Below are positions 44,575 through 57,502 of a stretch of 64,000 bases of DNA, one piece after another. The stretch is taken from the NCBI GenBank assembly GCA_964234715.1, contig OZ174279.1; one strand, 5' to 3'. The stretch's first letter is position 1. The number at the start of each line of letters is the position of its first letter. This stretch comes from Podarcis melisellensis. Its lineage: Eukaryota. The position numbers and the translations under genes are program-made. The notes under the pieces were generated by a model. That model worked only from the letters and a program-made list of their open reading frames with translations. It searched no databases and was not told the DNA's origin.

Positions 44575-47500
44575 ATGGCTGTTGTTTGCAGCCTTGTCCG
44601 GCATTTCCCGTTCAGACACCGCTGGTCCTTACCAAGGTTGCAGATCAGATGCCAGAGAAAAGCCTTGAATGTGTGGACATGTGGGTCCTCCCGGTCCAAA
44701 CTTAAGAAAGAAGGAACAGGGCCATTGAAGAGAGAAGCGCTCATCATGCCTTCCATCCGATGGAGCATCAGTCACCTGCCCAAGAGATGTCTGCATGCTA
44801 CCCAGCTTCATCTCCAGGAAGTGATGCTCACCAGTGAGCGATATGGGGTGCAGAGGCTTCCTTTTGCCCATGTTTCCAGCACTGATGTGTCTTTCTTTGA
44901 AAACCTTATGCCTGGCAGAGTCATCACAGATTTAGATGAATTAAAACTCTTCAATGTGGACTGGCTGAAGTCTGTAAGAGGTACGTTATTTTGTAAAACT
45001 GCTTTAAGTATTTTCTACACCAGCCCAATTGGGTTGGACTACAAATTTCATGGCTCTGCTATCTGAGGCTGATGGGAGTTGTAGCCAAAACACCTGGCAA
45101 GAATCAGGTTGGGGAAAGCTGGGCTGTACTTACTGGAAGCTGTTCTCCAGAGTTTGAGGCAAGCGTGTTTCTCAGCATCACCTGGGGATTCTGGGAATTG
45201 AACCCTGGACCATGTGCTCTGCCACCGAGCTCCAGCCCTTCCCCTTAAAGCTATAAATCTGCAGTGTACGTTTTACTACATGCACATGAGGTTTTAGCCA
45301 TATTAACCAGAACAGGTGTTTTTTTATTTGCGGGGTGGTAGGGGAAAGCGTAGTGTGGGCGAGCTTCTATTCGAGTTTCAAATGAATGTTCTCACATCTT
45401 GTTTACATTACAGGCTGCAGTAAAATACTGTTGAAGCCACGGACAACAGCAGAAGTATCTGAGATTCTCAGGTAACATAAAATCTGTGTTTCCATGAACT
45501 CAATCAGTAGAGATGTCTGTATTTAGGAGACTGTGCCTTACTTCTGTCTTGCTCACCCATGTTTTAAGATATGTATATTATCTTGTTTTTCATCACTATG
45601 AGTCATATTCAGGAGTCATGTGATGGTATCTCAGAGTCCTTTCTTATGTGTCTCTCTCTGTATCCACTCTGATAGACAGAGGCATATGAACACACAGTAC
45701 AAGCGTTAGATCAGTACTCCTTAAAGAGGAGTCTATACTCACCTTCTTTCTTTCCTTTCTCTCTGTGAACAGCAGCTGAATCATACAGAGCAGTGATGGC
45801 CAAACATGGCCCTCCAGCTGTTTTGGGACTACAATTCCCATCATCCCTGATCACAGGGCCTGTTAGCCAGGGATGATGGGAGTTGTAGTCCCAAAACTGC
45901 TGGATCTCAACCCACTATTTGAAGTCTTACTGCAATAATGGGATTAGTGTGCATTTTAAAACTATTGAGTAGTAGCAGCCAAGTTTACTCTTGAGTCAGT
46001 CTAGAACTTTGATCTTAAAAAAAGACTTTTTAGTTTCACTAGGATCGCCTTTTCAAAGGCATTATAATATGCCCTTAGGAACAAGACCCCATGGGCAAAA
46101 TGTCTTCCCTTTCAGGTACTGCCATGAGAAGAACTTGGCTGTGAACCCTCAGGGGGGTAACACTGGCCTCGTTGGGGGCAGCGTCCCTGTCTTTGATGAG
46201 ATCATTCTCTCCACAGCTCTTATGAACCAGATCATCAGCTTTGACGACGTTTCTGGTAAATATATCTTCCCAGGACAGGGGAAATGGCTACACTATCATC
46301 CTCTAAAGATTGCCATTCTCCTAAATTAGGGAGTTTAGCCCTCCAGATGTTGCTGGTTTGCAACTCCAACCATCTCTGGCCATTGGCTCTCCAAAAACAT
46401 ATGGAGGGCAAACAGGTTCCTCAACCCTGTTTCCATCAGGGAGGACAAATGGGAGGTCCTTGAACCCTGAACGGCAGAGCTGATTCCTCCCTCTGCCAAT
46501 AGCAATGGGATGCAAGCTCAAATAAAGGGGAAGCAGAGGTGGTTTTCTATTCAAAAGTGTTGGGAGGTCATTGCCTAGTAGCACAAGCCAGAAATAACAT
46601 CTGGACAGCAAGAAGTGTAATTCTGGTTGTGTTGCTGGCATTAAATGAAAGAACTGGACAATGGTGCCAGTAAACAAACAAGAAAACCCACCTCATAGAT
46701 CCTTGATGCTGAGGCTGTTTGGGGGGTGGAGAATGTTGCTTCGTTACAAAGCCTCTGATCCCCCTCTGACAGACAGTAGATCTCCTTGGGTTTAAATTAC
46801 GCCAATGAAAAAGGAAGTTTGCATCTGTTTCTCAGACCGTAACTGGATACTGATTTTTCAGGAATCCTTGTTTGCCAGGCTGGCTGCATTTTAGAAAACC
46901 TCAACCAATACCTGGAGCAGTTGGATTTCATCATGCCGCTTGACCTCGGAGCAAAGGGCAGTTGCCACATTGGAGGGAACGTAGCTACAAATGCCGGTGG
47001 TTTGCGTCTCCTGCGCTACGGCTCTCTGCGAGGGACAGTCCTAGGACTAGAAGTGGTAAGGTGAAACTTTGAAAGCTGCTTCCCATATTTTATCATCTTC
47101 TTGTCCTTGACCATTGGAGGGATGAACTAGAGACCCACAAAGCCCTAGCTGGTGGCCCATCAGCCCCCTTGACCTGATACGCCACAGACATGGGTGGGAA
47201 GTCCAGGACATCAGCAGATGTTCATCCTCATCATGCCGCTGAGCTGGGTGGGGAGGTTTCAACCTCTCTGCCTACTGAACACCGCCATCGAGATACAGGT
47301 TATTTCCTCCTCCTCACTCACCAGGTGATTGTTCTCATGAGCAGTTGCCAAGGGAGAAACTGTATCTGTATCCTGTGCATGAACCGGCCTGCATATCTTC
47401 CCCAATGTGGATATCCTGTGTGTATGCACACACTGGTGTGTAGGTGTGCGCATGCTGTGGTGTGTGTATGCTAGCTGTGGGTGGCCATGCCCACTTCATA

Positions 47501-50500
47501 GCCCCACTGGAACATGGTCCCCTGGAGATGTGGGAAGGTGGTGACTTGGTCCTTGGACCCCAAAATGTTAGCCAGCCCCATCATTCAGCCTGGACACTGA
47601 GGTCCAGTCCAAAGGCCTTCTGGCGGTTCCCTCACTGTGAGAAGTGAGGTTACAGAGAACCAGGCAGAGGGCCTTCTCAGTAGTGGCACCTGCCCTGTGG
47701 AACGCCATCCCATCAGATGAACAACTATCTGACTTTTAGAAGACATCTGAAGGCAGCCCTGTTTAGAGAAGTTTTTAATGTTTGATGTTTTATCGTGGTT
47801 TTAATACTTTTTGGGGAGCTGCCCAGAGTGGCTGGAGAAACCCAATCAGATGGGTGGGGTATACATTATTATTATTATTAGTAGTAGTAGTAATTTCACT
47901 CCCACTTCAGATGCACATACTGTTAATTACTGAATTGTAATCTCTTCATTCCATTTCAGATCCAACTCTGCTACTGTATTGTCTTTTAAAAAAGTTCCCT
48001 CCTGAAATATTCTGGCAACTAATTAATCTAATTGAAAATGTTATGTTTAATCTTATTGTAGCCTTTTTAAAAAACAAAAACACACCCCCTCTCAAATATA
48101 TCAAGGAGTTATCTAAGGATGTCCTCTTCCAGGTGCTGGCTGATGGCTCTTTGTTGAACTGCTTGGCATCTTTGCGGAAGGACAATACTGGCTATGACTT
48201 GAAGCAGTTGTTCATTGGGTCTGAGGGGACCTTGGGCGTCATTACGGCAGTTTCCATTCTCTGCCCACGAAAACCCAAGGCTGTGAATTTGGCATTTCTT
48301 GGTAAGAGCCATTCTCCTCTCTATTTTCAGAAGTGTTATTTGTAACTACTAGTGGTATTTTAGCAAGACCAGACTTGGACACAACTCCGCTTATGGCGAA
48401 ACTGTTACACCCCTTATATTTATATTTTGTTTCCACTGAATATGATGACTGACTTATTAGGAAAGGTTGGGATAAGAACAGAGAAAGCAATTGGCACAAT
48501 CAGCAGGGTAAGAGCAGAAAATGCAGTTAACGTAACCAGCAGATCACTCTTCACATATCACTGGAATAGTTCTGGGCTGAGTTTCAAAATCAGGGTGTGT
48601 GATGGTCCTATAGGCAGCAGGGTGAACTGCCTGCCTGGCCCAAAGGTTGCAGATATTGCCTGTCGCCCAGATAGCCTGGTGGACAATGCTGGGGTGGAGT
48701 CAGTGGTCGTGGGACGTGTTGGCAGCAATCACATGGGGAAATGTAAACATGAGGTCCTGGAAGCAAAATTTAGGCGGCTAGGTAGGATGCCTGATTCAGC
48801 AGGCTCGCCATACTTTCTTAATAAATTCACTGAGCCAAGGAACTGTCAATAAGTTATAGCCGAATCCTAACCTGCTCTACTCAGAAGTTACATTCAATGG
48901 GTCTTATTCAGGTAAGTGGGGTTAGGATTGCAGCCTTAGGCTATTTTATGGGTGTCATTCCTAAAGCTGCTGTTAATGTTGTTTTGCAGCATGGAAGTCT
49001 CCAGCCTAAAGAATTTTTTTTTTTTTTGTGAGGGGGGGGAGTACTGTGTTTATCAAATACCGTATATACTTTAGTATAAGCCGACTTTTTCAGCACATTT
49101 TTTATGCTGAAAAAGCCCCCTTCGGCTTATACCCGAGTGAGGCAGGCAGCGTCGGCGGAGGGACGAGCGGCCCGAAAGGAGCCCTTTCTCGCCATTGGTC
49201 CCACTGCCCGCCTCTTGCAAGGGCAGGCACAGGAGCCATGGTTGGGAGAGGTGCTGTGTTGTGCTTCTCCCAACTGCGTTGTGCTTCTCTTGCAAGCGGC
49301 AGAGGCAATGGCAGAGAGACGAGCGGCCCGAAAGGCCTTTGCCGCTGTCTTCCTTCTCCGCTCCCGCCACCACCAGGTTTGTGGTGTGGTGAACCGGCTT
49401 ATACTCGAGTCAATAAGATTTTTGCAGTTTTTTTGTGCTAAAATTAGGTGCCTGGGCTTATATTCGGCTAGGCTTATACTCGAGTATATACAGTAAGTTG
49501 TCCTTTTCATCTTTCACAGTTTTGCACACGTGTGGCTCCTTTCTAGAAGGCTTATTGAAGTGTATAGGTGTGATGTCATGTTTCCTCCTAGTAGTTTTTT
49601 TTTTAATGCAACTTTCTTTTCATTGTTTTATGTTTTCCTTTGTGTAAAGGCTGTCCAAGTTTTTCTCAGGTCCTGAAAACTTTCACTCTCTGCAAGGGCA
49701 TGCTGGGAGAAATCCTGTCTGCCTATGAGTTCATGGACAACGAGTGCATGAAGCTGGTTGAGCAACACCTCAAATTAACCAACCCAGTTTCAGGTACCAG
49801 CTAGCCATATGCAAAATTCACAGGAGGGATTCCTTCACCGATTCTGTTGGGGATGTGGGGGGCAGGGAATAGAATCAAATGGTTGAATTGAAATGTACAG
49901 GTTCCCTAGGAGCTTTCTGTGCTTGCTGCAACTCAGTTGTCCGCTGTAATCTTGAATGCATTCATTGCTAACATTCACGCTACATCATGGATTTTGTAGT
50001 CTTAAATAGAATAGAATTTATTATTTATACCCCGCCCATCTGGCTGGGTTTCCCCAGCCACTCTGGGCGGCTTCCAACCGAGTATTAAAATACAGTGGTC
50101 TGTTAAACATTAAAAGCTTCCCTAAAGAGGGCTGCCTTCAGATGTCTTCTAAAGGTCTGGTAGTTGTTCTTCTCTTTGACATCTGGTGGGAGGGCGTTCC
50201 ACAGGGCAGGTGCCACTACCAAGAAGGCCCTCTGCCTGGTTCCCTGTAACTTGGCTTCTCACAGTGAGGGAACTGGCAGAAGGCCCTCGGCGCTGGACCT
50301 CAGTGTCCGGGTAGAATGATGGGGTTGGAGACGCTCCTTCAGGTATACTGGACCAAGGCCGTTTAGGGCTTTAAAGGTCAGCACCAACACTTTGGATTGT
50401 GCTCGGACCTGTGCACACATATTATACCTGATGTTGCCATGCATCAATATTTTTGTTGTTTTGTTAAACATCTTATTCAGTGTTTACACATTGTTAACAA

Positions 50501-53500
50501 GCATTACACACATACATAATGTTATCTGTATGCACCTTTCCATAGTTGAAGCCATGCTCAAGGTTGAAGCCACTGTATTAAAATACATACAGTGGTACCT
50601 CAGGTTACATGCGCTTCAGGTTACATACACTTCAGGTTACATACTCCGCTAACCCAGAAATAGTGCTTCAGGTTAAGAACTTTGCTTCAGGTTGAGAACA
50701 GAAATCGTGCTCCCATGGCATGGCAGCAGCAGGAGGCCCCATTAGCTAAAGTGGTGCTTCAGGTTAAGAACAGTTTCAGGTTAAGAACGGACCTCCGGAA
50801 TGAATTAAGTACTTAACCTGAGGTACCACTGTAATTACAAACATAACAAAAGTAGTTAGAAACAATAAATGACATCAAAAAGTACACAACCAAATTGAAT
50901 CCATTTCCATATAAATCATAATAATATATAAAATAAAGATACCAAAAATTAATATCAAAAACAGCAAGAACCCTCACCCCTCCCAATACCCCAGCCTATG
51001 CATTTTTTTACACCTTATGTAGTTGAAATTTCTCTATTATTTTCACAGATTCACAGAGCCATCTAAGGAAGGTGTGGGCAGGAGAATCTGGAAACAAAAT
51101 GTTTAAACCAAATTCCACTTTTTCTGAATTTTGGCAACTAGTCTAGTAAGAACAGGATATAGACCAGGAAACTGTGTCATGTGAGGCATTCCGCAGATTC
51201 ATTTTTCTTTGGGGATTTCTTTTAGGTTAGAAATACTAGAGAAACAGATTTTTGATAAAAAAAAAAAAACAAGATGGCTGCTAATGTGACTTCAGGAAAA
51301 GGCCTTTTCCTCCTGTCCTTTGGTTGAACCATTTTGGGCAGGTTGGCAGGATTCACTGAAAGTGTCTTTTAAAAGATCCAAAATTTCAGAGAAACACCGT
51401 TTTCTTAACTTCTGTGTGGTGCAGCAGGAGTCACTCCAGTGAATATAGTGTGGTTTTTAGCTGTTGCAACTGATAGTGACAGTCTCCTTTCTGATTCTGC
51501 TTTTCCAACTCCAGAAAGTCCTTTCTATGTGCTAATTGAGACTTCAGGTTCCAATTCTGCCCATGATGAGGAAAAGCTGAGCCACTTCCTGGAACATGTC
51601 ATGGCCTCTGGTTTGGTAGAAGAGGGAACTTTGGCTTCAGAAGATAAGAAAATAAAGGTAATTTCCCATTTCTCCCTAACTGTGCTTGGGTTGGGGCTCT
51701 GATTTGAATCTGAACTGCGTACCAGTGGACGTGCAACTATTGGTGTATGTGGCATACACCAGTGATCCCAAATTGCTAGGCATTCATCAAATAGTCAACT
51801 GTCTAGTTAATTAATTAATTAATTAATTAATTAATGTTTTACTTTTGCTAAATTCAAGTCCCTCCCTTCTTCTCAAAGGAGCCCAGGGAAGCAAACACTG
51901 AGAGACAAAATATTACAAACATATTTAAAACAATTCCAAGGCAGGTGGAGACTGGGAAAGATTTCAGCTTAAAAAGCTTGAAAGAGGAAGGTATTCAGTA
52001 GGCACCCAAAAGGCAGTAGAACCGGCACTGCCTGATATTAAAGGAGGGGATTCCAAAGAGTAGCTGCCGCAAGACGGAATACCGTGTTCTTATATTGTTC
52101 AGAATGGACTTCCTGATAAGATGGTACCTGCAGGAGTGCAGTGATCAGTTGGGTATATAAGAGGTGAAATGATCATTCGGGTCTCCAGGTCCCAAGCTCT
52201 CTATGACTTGATACACCAAAACCAGCACCTTGAACTTAACGTGGTAGCTAATTGGCAGTCTAATCTCCGTGCGAAACAAATCAGGACAAATGCTGAAACA
52301 TGTCCTTTGAGACTTGTGTGTGGCTGGTCCAACTGCAGAAGGAAGACTTAAGCTGCTGTGGAATCACTCATTGGAATGACAAAATAATGTCAGCCCAGCA
52401 CTAAATAAGCTTTTGGTGATTTGTTGAAGCTAGCCTAAGCTCATTATTCTGTGAAGATTGATTGGTTCTTTTAACATAAACACCTAAGTATCCGAGATGA
52501 CTTAGCCAACAGTGTTTAGATAGCAGGTCACTTTTGTAAAGCCATCCATGTGGAATGAAAACGAAAGCATTTCGTTTTCCATCCAAGTCACCGCTTGGGT
52601 CCATTGCAGGCGCTGTGGGCTTTGCGGGAACGGATCACAGAGGCCTTGACTTGCGATGGATCCGTTTACAAATACGACATTTCGCTGCCTGTGGAGAAAC
52701 TCTATGATCTGGTGACGGACATGCGGACACGGCTGGGTGGCAGTGCCAAGAATGTGGTGGGCTATGGCCACCTAGGTAAGCTGGAATGTGTTTGGAAACA
52801 AATGGCCTTTACTGATTTGGATTTAGGATTCTTTAAAAAAATAATTATTGAAGTTTTCTTGGTTTACGAAGGTGCAATGTCTCTTTTTTTCAAGTTACAT
52901 TTTTCCATAGGTCACTTTCATTTCTTGAGAGGACTTAGGGTTCTTATAGCAAAGTGATGTATAAGGAAGTCCTTGCTTCAGCTCTCACCTGCTCTAGGGG
53001 GTTGTACCAGAGGGGTCCCTTCCAACTGTACAGTTCTAGGATTCTATGAGCTGCTGGATGGTTTTCGGCCAGCTTCTGTCTCTCAGCCTCAACCAAAAGG
53101 AAAAGCCTCTCCTCCTAACAGAGGGGAGGAGTTGTGAGCGGGAACCGGTTCCCACATCGGCAGGGGGGCATATTTGGCCCCCTGCGTCAGCTTACCTGGC
53201 TGCCGTGCTGCGCCCATAGGCCAGCTAATAGGGCCGCGGCCGCGGCAGCTCCATCTTCTCATTCTGCGCCCCTTCGTCGTCGGATCACCCGCCCACCCTC
53301 CCTTTAGGTCATATTTATGCCTCTGACCTTGCTATGGACTCAGGTTGGTTGCCCTGGTTGCCCAGGGGGCCTGGTAGGAATTTTTATCCATTTGGCAAAT
53401 TGGAACCAGCCTCTTGGTTTTTCGCCTACCTCATAGCAAACCGCCACAACTTTTTGGGTATTGGCGGTTAGGCATTGGAATATGTGTCGTGTGTTGGAGG

Positions 53501-54800
53501 GCAGGTGTGGCCATCACCTACCCCTCCCCTTGTTGGGTATTCCGTTAAAGGAATCCGGTGGTCGTGGATCCTGTCTGATGCCTTGCTGGTGGCTAGGGCC
53601 ATGGCATGACCCCTGGTGACATCAGGAGAAGCTTCAGTTGTATTTGCATCAACAAACTCCTCCCGCTGGTTGTTAACCTTCGGATGACTGTCCGCTGAGT
53701 GGGGTGGAGTCATGTATAGACTGTTTGATCCAATGCCTAAAGCCAATACCACTCACATGCCATAACCAATAAGGTTGTGGCCTTCTTTAGTCCATTAACC
53801 TTAAATTCATGTGTCCCTGTGTCTTATTTATCTCTAAGCGGGTGTCAGGTCCTCGACTCATAAAGAGTGATGAAATAACTTCACCAAAAGAAAATGAAAT
53901 GATCTGCTTGCCATCTGAAAGGAGGTTGCTGATGATAAAGGGGAGAGGGGTTGTTGTTTTTTAGCCATGGTACCTAACTTACAGAATGGCCTCCCCAGGG
54001 TAGTTCAGTTGGTGCCAACTGTGATGTCATTATGACAACTGGTAAATACATTTTTATTCCCCGTGGGCATTCCAGCACCTAGTGTGAGTTATTTTTTATC
54101 TGCTCTGTCGATAACAGAACAAATCTGTTATGATTTGTTCTGCATCTTGCTTTCAGCTGTGGTTTTTACCTCTTTTTAGTTTTATTCTTTTTTACTGCAC
54201 TGGTAGCTTACTGAAGCATGGCCTCTAGAAATCCCTTGGACCATGAATACCCAATGTGTTGCCCCCCAGATGCTGTTAGACTACAACTCCCACCAGCCCT
54301 AGCCAACGTGGTCAGTGGGATAATGGGAATTGTATTCCAGCAACATCTAGAGGACGCCACATTGTCTACCTTGCTTGTAGACAAATATACTAATGAATAA
54401 TCTTCATTATATTTTAAAATAACCCTCTTCTCTAGAAGAGGAATTAGGCAGAGCCACTGCACTGCATGCCCAGTAATTGAATGTGTTTTCTGCTTTGTCT
54501 TTTGAAACCCACTGATTTTGGGACTTTGCTTTGGCAGGAGATGGAAACTTGCACCTGAACATCACAGCAGATTCCTACAGCCATTCTCTGCTGGAGGCTA
54601 TTGAGCCATTTGTATATGAGTGGACTTCCCAGTACCGTGGGAGTATCAGCGCAGAGCACGGTCTAGGCTTCAAGAAGAAGCATTATATCCACTACAGTAA
54701 ACCCCGGGAGGCAGTCCTTCTCATGCAGCAATTCAAGGCCATGTTGGACCCCAAAGGGATTCTAAACCCTTACAAGACATTGCCGGTTAAGGGGGCATGA
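44575..54800 (+). CDS. D2HGDH: D-2-hydroxyglutarate dehydrogenase, mitochondrial; 9 coding exons, ~560 aa from the first ATG
   Basis: Coding exons 44575-44980, 45414-45471, 46116-46255, 46862-47055, 48133-48301, 49650-49793, 51515-51657, 52610-52775, 54538-54800 (TGA), total 1683 nt. Motifs [51 protein letters not shown]. The start could be ATG 44575 or a downstream in-frame ATG at 44746. A likely non-coding exon 1 ends at 40215 (CAAG|GTGAGC). Confidence 0.96.
47575..47880 (+). mobile_element. L2-type LINE 3' fragment
   Basis: Reverse-complement homologous to 50015-50408; ends GCCCAGAGTGGCTGGAGAAACCCAATCAGATGGGTGGGG plus (TTA)n. Confidence 0.7.
48590..48790 (+). mobile_element. CR1 LINE ORF1 (SGNH esterase-like) degenerate fragment
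   Basis: Peptide [55 protein letters not shown] resembles the CLPGAKV...VHVGTND...[11 protein letters not shown] block of CR1 ORF1p; it lies in a D2HGDH intron. Confidence 0.65.
49060..49493. mobile_element. TA-flanked Tc1/mariner-type MITE with a GC-rich interior
   Basis: TA-CCGTATATACTTTAGTATAAGCC...GGCTTATACTCGAGTATATACAG-TA; internal GGCTTATAC repeats; GACGAGCGGCCCGAAAGG occurs twice. Confidence 0.8.
50015..50408 (-). mobile_element. L2-type LINE 3' fragment
   Basis: Minus-strand peptide [22 protein letters not shown]...RTLRSS, typical of the L2 RT C-terminus, followed by the squamate 3' tail (GCCGCCCAGAGTGGCTGGGGAAACCCAGCCAGATGGGCGGGG). Confidence 0.75.
50590..50831. mobile_element. 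Tigger-like MITE copy
   Basis: TA-CAGTGGTACCTCAGGTT...AACCTGAGGTACCACTG-TA. Confidence 0.85.
51807..51834. repeat. (TTAA)n microsatellite
   Basis: About 7 TTAA units are visible directly. Confidence 0.8.
53132..53863. repeat. Unclassified ~730-bp interspersed element with imperfect terminal inverted repeats and strong internal self-complementarity
   Basis: Abrupt rise in GC/CpG inside D2HGDH intron 9; ends TTGTGAG-CGGGAACC / GGTCCTCGACTCATAA; nested internal inverted repeats; AATAAG(G)TTGTGGCC near the right end. Confidence 0.4.
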
Positions 54801-57502
54801 TGGTGACTATGAAGAACAGGATCAGGAGACCTTTGCGTGGAGGTTGTCTAGCACGGGAGCTGTAAGCAAATTGTGAAGCTGCAACGTGAAATGGAGGTTT
54901 GCTCCCCACCCACCCCCAACAAAAGAAATAGTAAAGGAGTTGAATTGTCCTCCCAGTATTATCTATCTACCAAGCTCTGAATTATCCGAGAAGCAGAGAA
55001 GACAACATTTGTTTTCTAAGGCTCTTTCTTTCAAAGCTTCCGGTTGCTCCCCATTTTTAGGGCTTTGTTTTTATCTGAATACAATGTGTAGGAGTGGAAC
55101 TTGGGATAAGAGAACAATTTTCAGGAGGAAATTTCATGGGATAGCTTCTATTTCCTTCTTGTTGCAGCTGCATACATTCAAAACACAAATTGACAGCTGC
55201 AGGATTTGCAAGGACACTGAAGAAGATAAGAGGGTATTCTGTGCTTTGAACCAAGTGTGGGAAACATTTTACATTTCTTCATGGAAAAATAAAACCTGTA
55301 ATGAAAACATTACCTCAATTTCTCTACGTTTCAAAGCAGCCCTTCTTTATAGGTTCCCCATTCTTACTCTACAAAAACTTAAATTGGAGATTGGAAACCT
55401 GTGGCCCTCACATCACCATCATTACTGACCATTGGCCATGTTTCCCTGGGGTTGATGGGAGTTGAGAATCCAAAACATCCAGAGGGAGCACTGGGTTGGA
55501 AAAGGCTGCTCAAGTTGTCTTCCTCAACCTGGTGTTTCAGGCTACAACTCTCATCAACGCCACCTAACAGCCGGTCACTGTTTTGTGACTGCTGAACATG
55601 TGTCCTGCCTTCATTGTGCTGTTTGGGGTTCCACCCCCCTTTCCCTCCTTAAGAATATCTACTTCACCGAATGTTGGTGTTGCCTGAAGCCTGCTACCTC
55701 CCATTTGTGTGTGGATGGTACATTATAATTTAGCTGCATAATGAGCCATACTTAGATGGTGAACATGGTATCCGTGTGCACTGGTACCTCTGGTTACGAA
55801 CATAATTCGTTCTGGTGGTCCGTTCTTAACATGAGGCATGCTTTCGCTAATGGGGCCTCCCGCTGCCACCGCATGATATCTGCTTGCACTCCAGGGCAAA
55901 GTTTGCAACCAGGAGCATCTACTTCCATGTTAGCGGAGCTCGTCTTCATAAGGAGGATGGTACGTAACAGGAGGTTACACTGTATTGGATACTTGGTGGA
56001 ATGTAAGAATCTTTGTTAGACAGTGGGGTTTCTTGGGTGGGTGGGTCTTGTGTGAAATTCTTTTGAGGAAATGATTTGGAACTAATGTTGCTGATGAGAG
56101 TGGCTATTGAGAATGGAAGTACATCTTTCCCAATGCCATAGGAGTCTTAAGTGTTGTGCAGTATGTTGTTGTATTACAGTATATTCTTTGTGCAGTCCCT
56201 TTTAGACCGGGAATAACTACGTAACTGCATAAGAAATGCATCATTACTGATGACTGTACAGGGAAAGAAAATTCCAAAGCTATGGGAGACCATATCATAT
56301 CAGCAACACAGAAAGCTGGCATTGTCCAGAGCTTTCCCAGATGTACCTGGAGAGGCCAGAGATTGATGTGCCGGTGCTGCTGCACACTCACCCATTTGTA
56401 GCACAAATAATGTAGCTTTCTCAATGCAGAATTGTTCGTGCTCATTATCGACATGCTGCTTTAAATCTAGGTTGCTTCTAGATTCTACTGTCCCCAAGGG
56501 TGGGTGTGGATACTTGATATGTATTTGAAAAGCACATAGCTTATTCATGCCCTTTCCTCCCTGCACATATCCCAGTAGAAGAAGAAGGAAGTTGCAACTG
56601 TGATCTCCGTATACACCTACTCACAATGTCATTGGGAAGATGTGGGTGCATCTCCCATTGCCAGAACCATCTACATCTGTTGTCAAATGGTCGATGCACT
56701 GCTGAGCAATGCAAAATCCATCTGCAGTGAGCTTTAATTTTGGGAATTGAGTCTAGAATAAAAACACCATGTGTGCACAGCCACTGACCATCTGCATGTA
56801 GGGCAAGTTTTCTGCCACTGAGTTATCTAGAGCTCATCGGCTCAAATCCTCAGCCAGAGTCGTGAGCCAGCACTGGGACATGCAATGTATGATGTAAATC
56901 ACAGGAGTTGTGCTTGAGTGCAGGGTTTTCTTCCAGAAATACCCAGTACAGGGACTCCAATGTGGATTGAGAACCTGGCATGGAGGCTAAAGATTTTTAA
57001 CCTCCCCCCCCCCAATCGCATCCCACTCTCCAGAAACAAAATTCCCTTCCCCACCCAGAGTTACAGAACAAAGAAGCTGGGTTTTCCATCCCAGTAAATC
57101 TGAAGTGCCTGCTATAAAATGGGACACTGTGTCCAGCTTGACATCCCAGCCATCAAAGTATCAGGAGCCAAACTAAACTCTGCGAGAACTGCTTCTCCCC
57201 TGAGGTCATGAGGCTTTTATGACTAGGTGGCTTGGGGTGGGTGGGGCTTCTAACAAGCAAACAAAATACTTTTGCAACTCTATCCCCTCATGCAAACTTA
57301 CCTCCATTCGTCTTCCATCTCTGTGTTTAATTTGCTTGTGTAAACAGGAGCATCCCATCTGTGCCATCCATATTTCTGTATCATATCTGCACACCCCTTG
57401 CTTTGCCTGCCTAGATTGTTGAAAGGCTCCACAGAGAAGCAGTGGCATGTCCAGCTGGCTAACAAGAAACTCACGTGTCGCTGTGATAGGACCAGCAGCA
57501 CA

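Noticed and set aside
54886-55428. 180-aa ORF after the D2HGDH stop codon
   Set aside because: Non-ATG start, lies in the 3' UTR, no recognisable homology.
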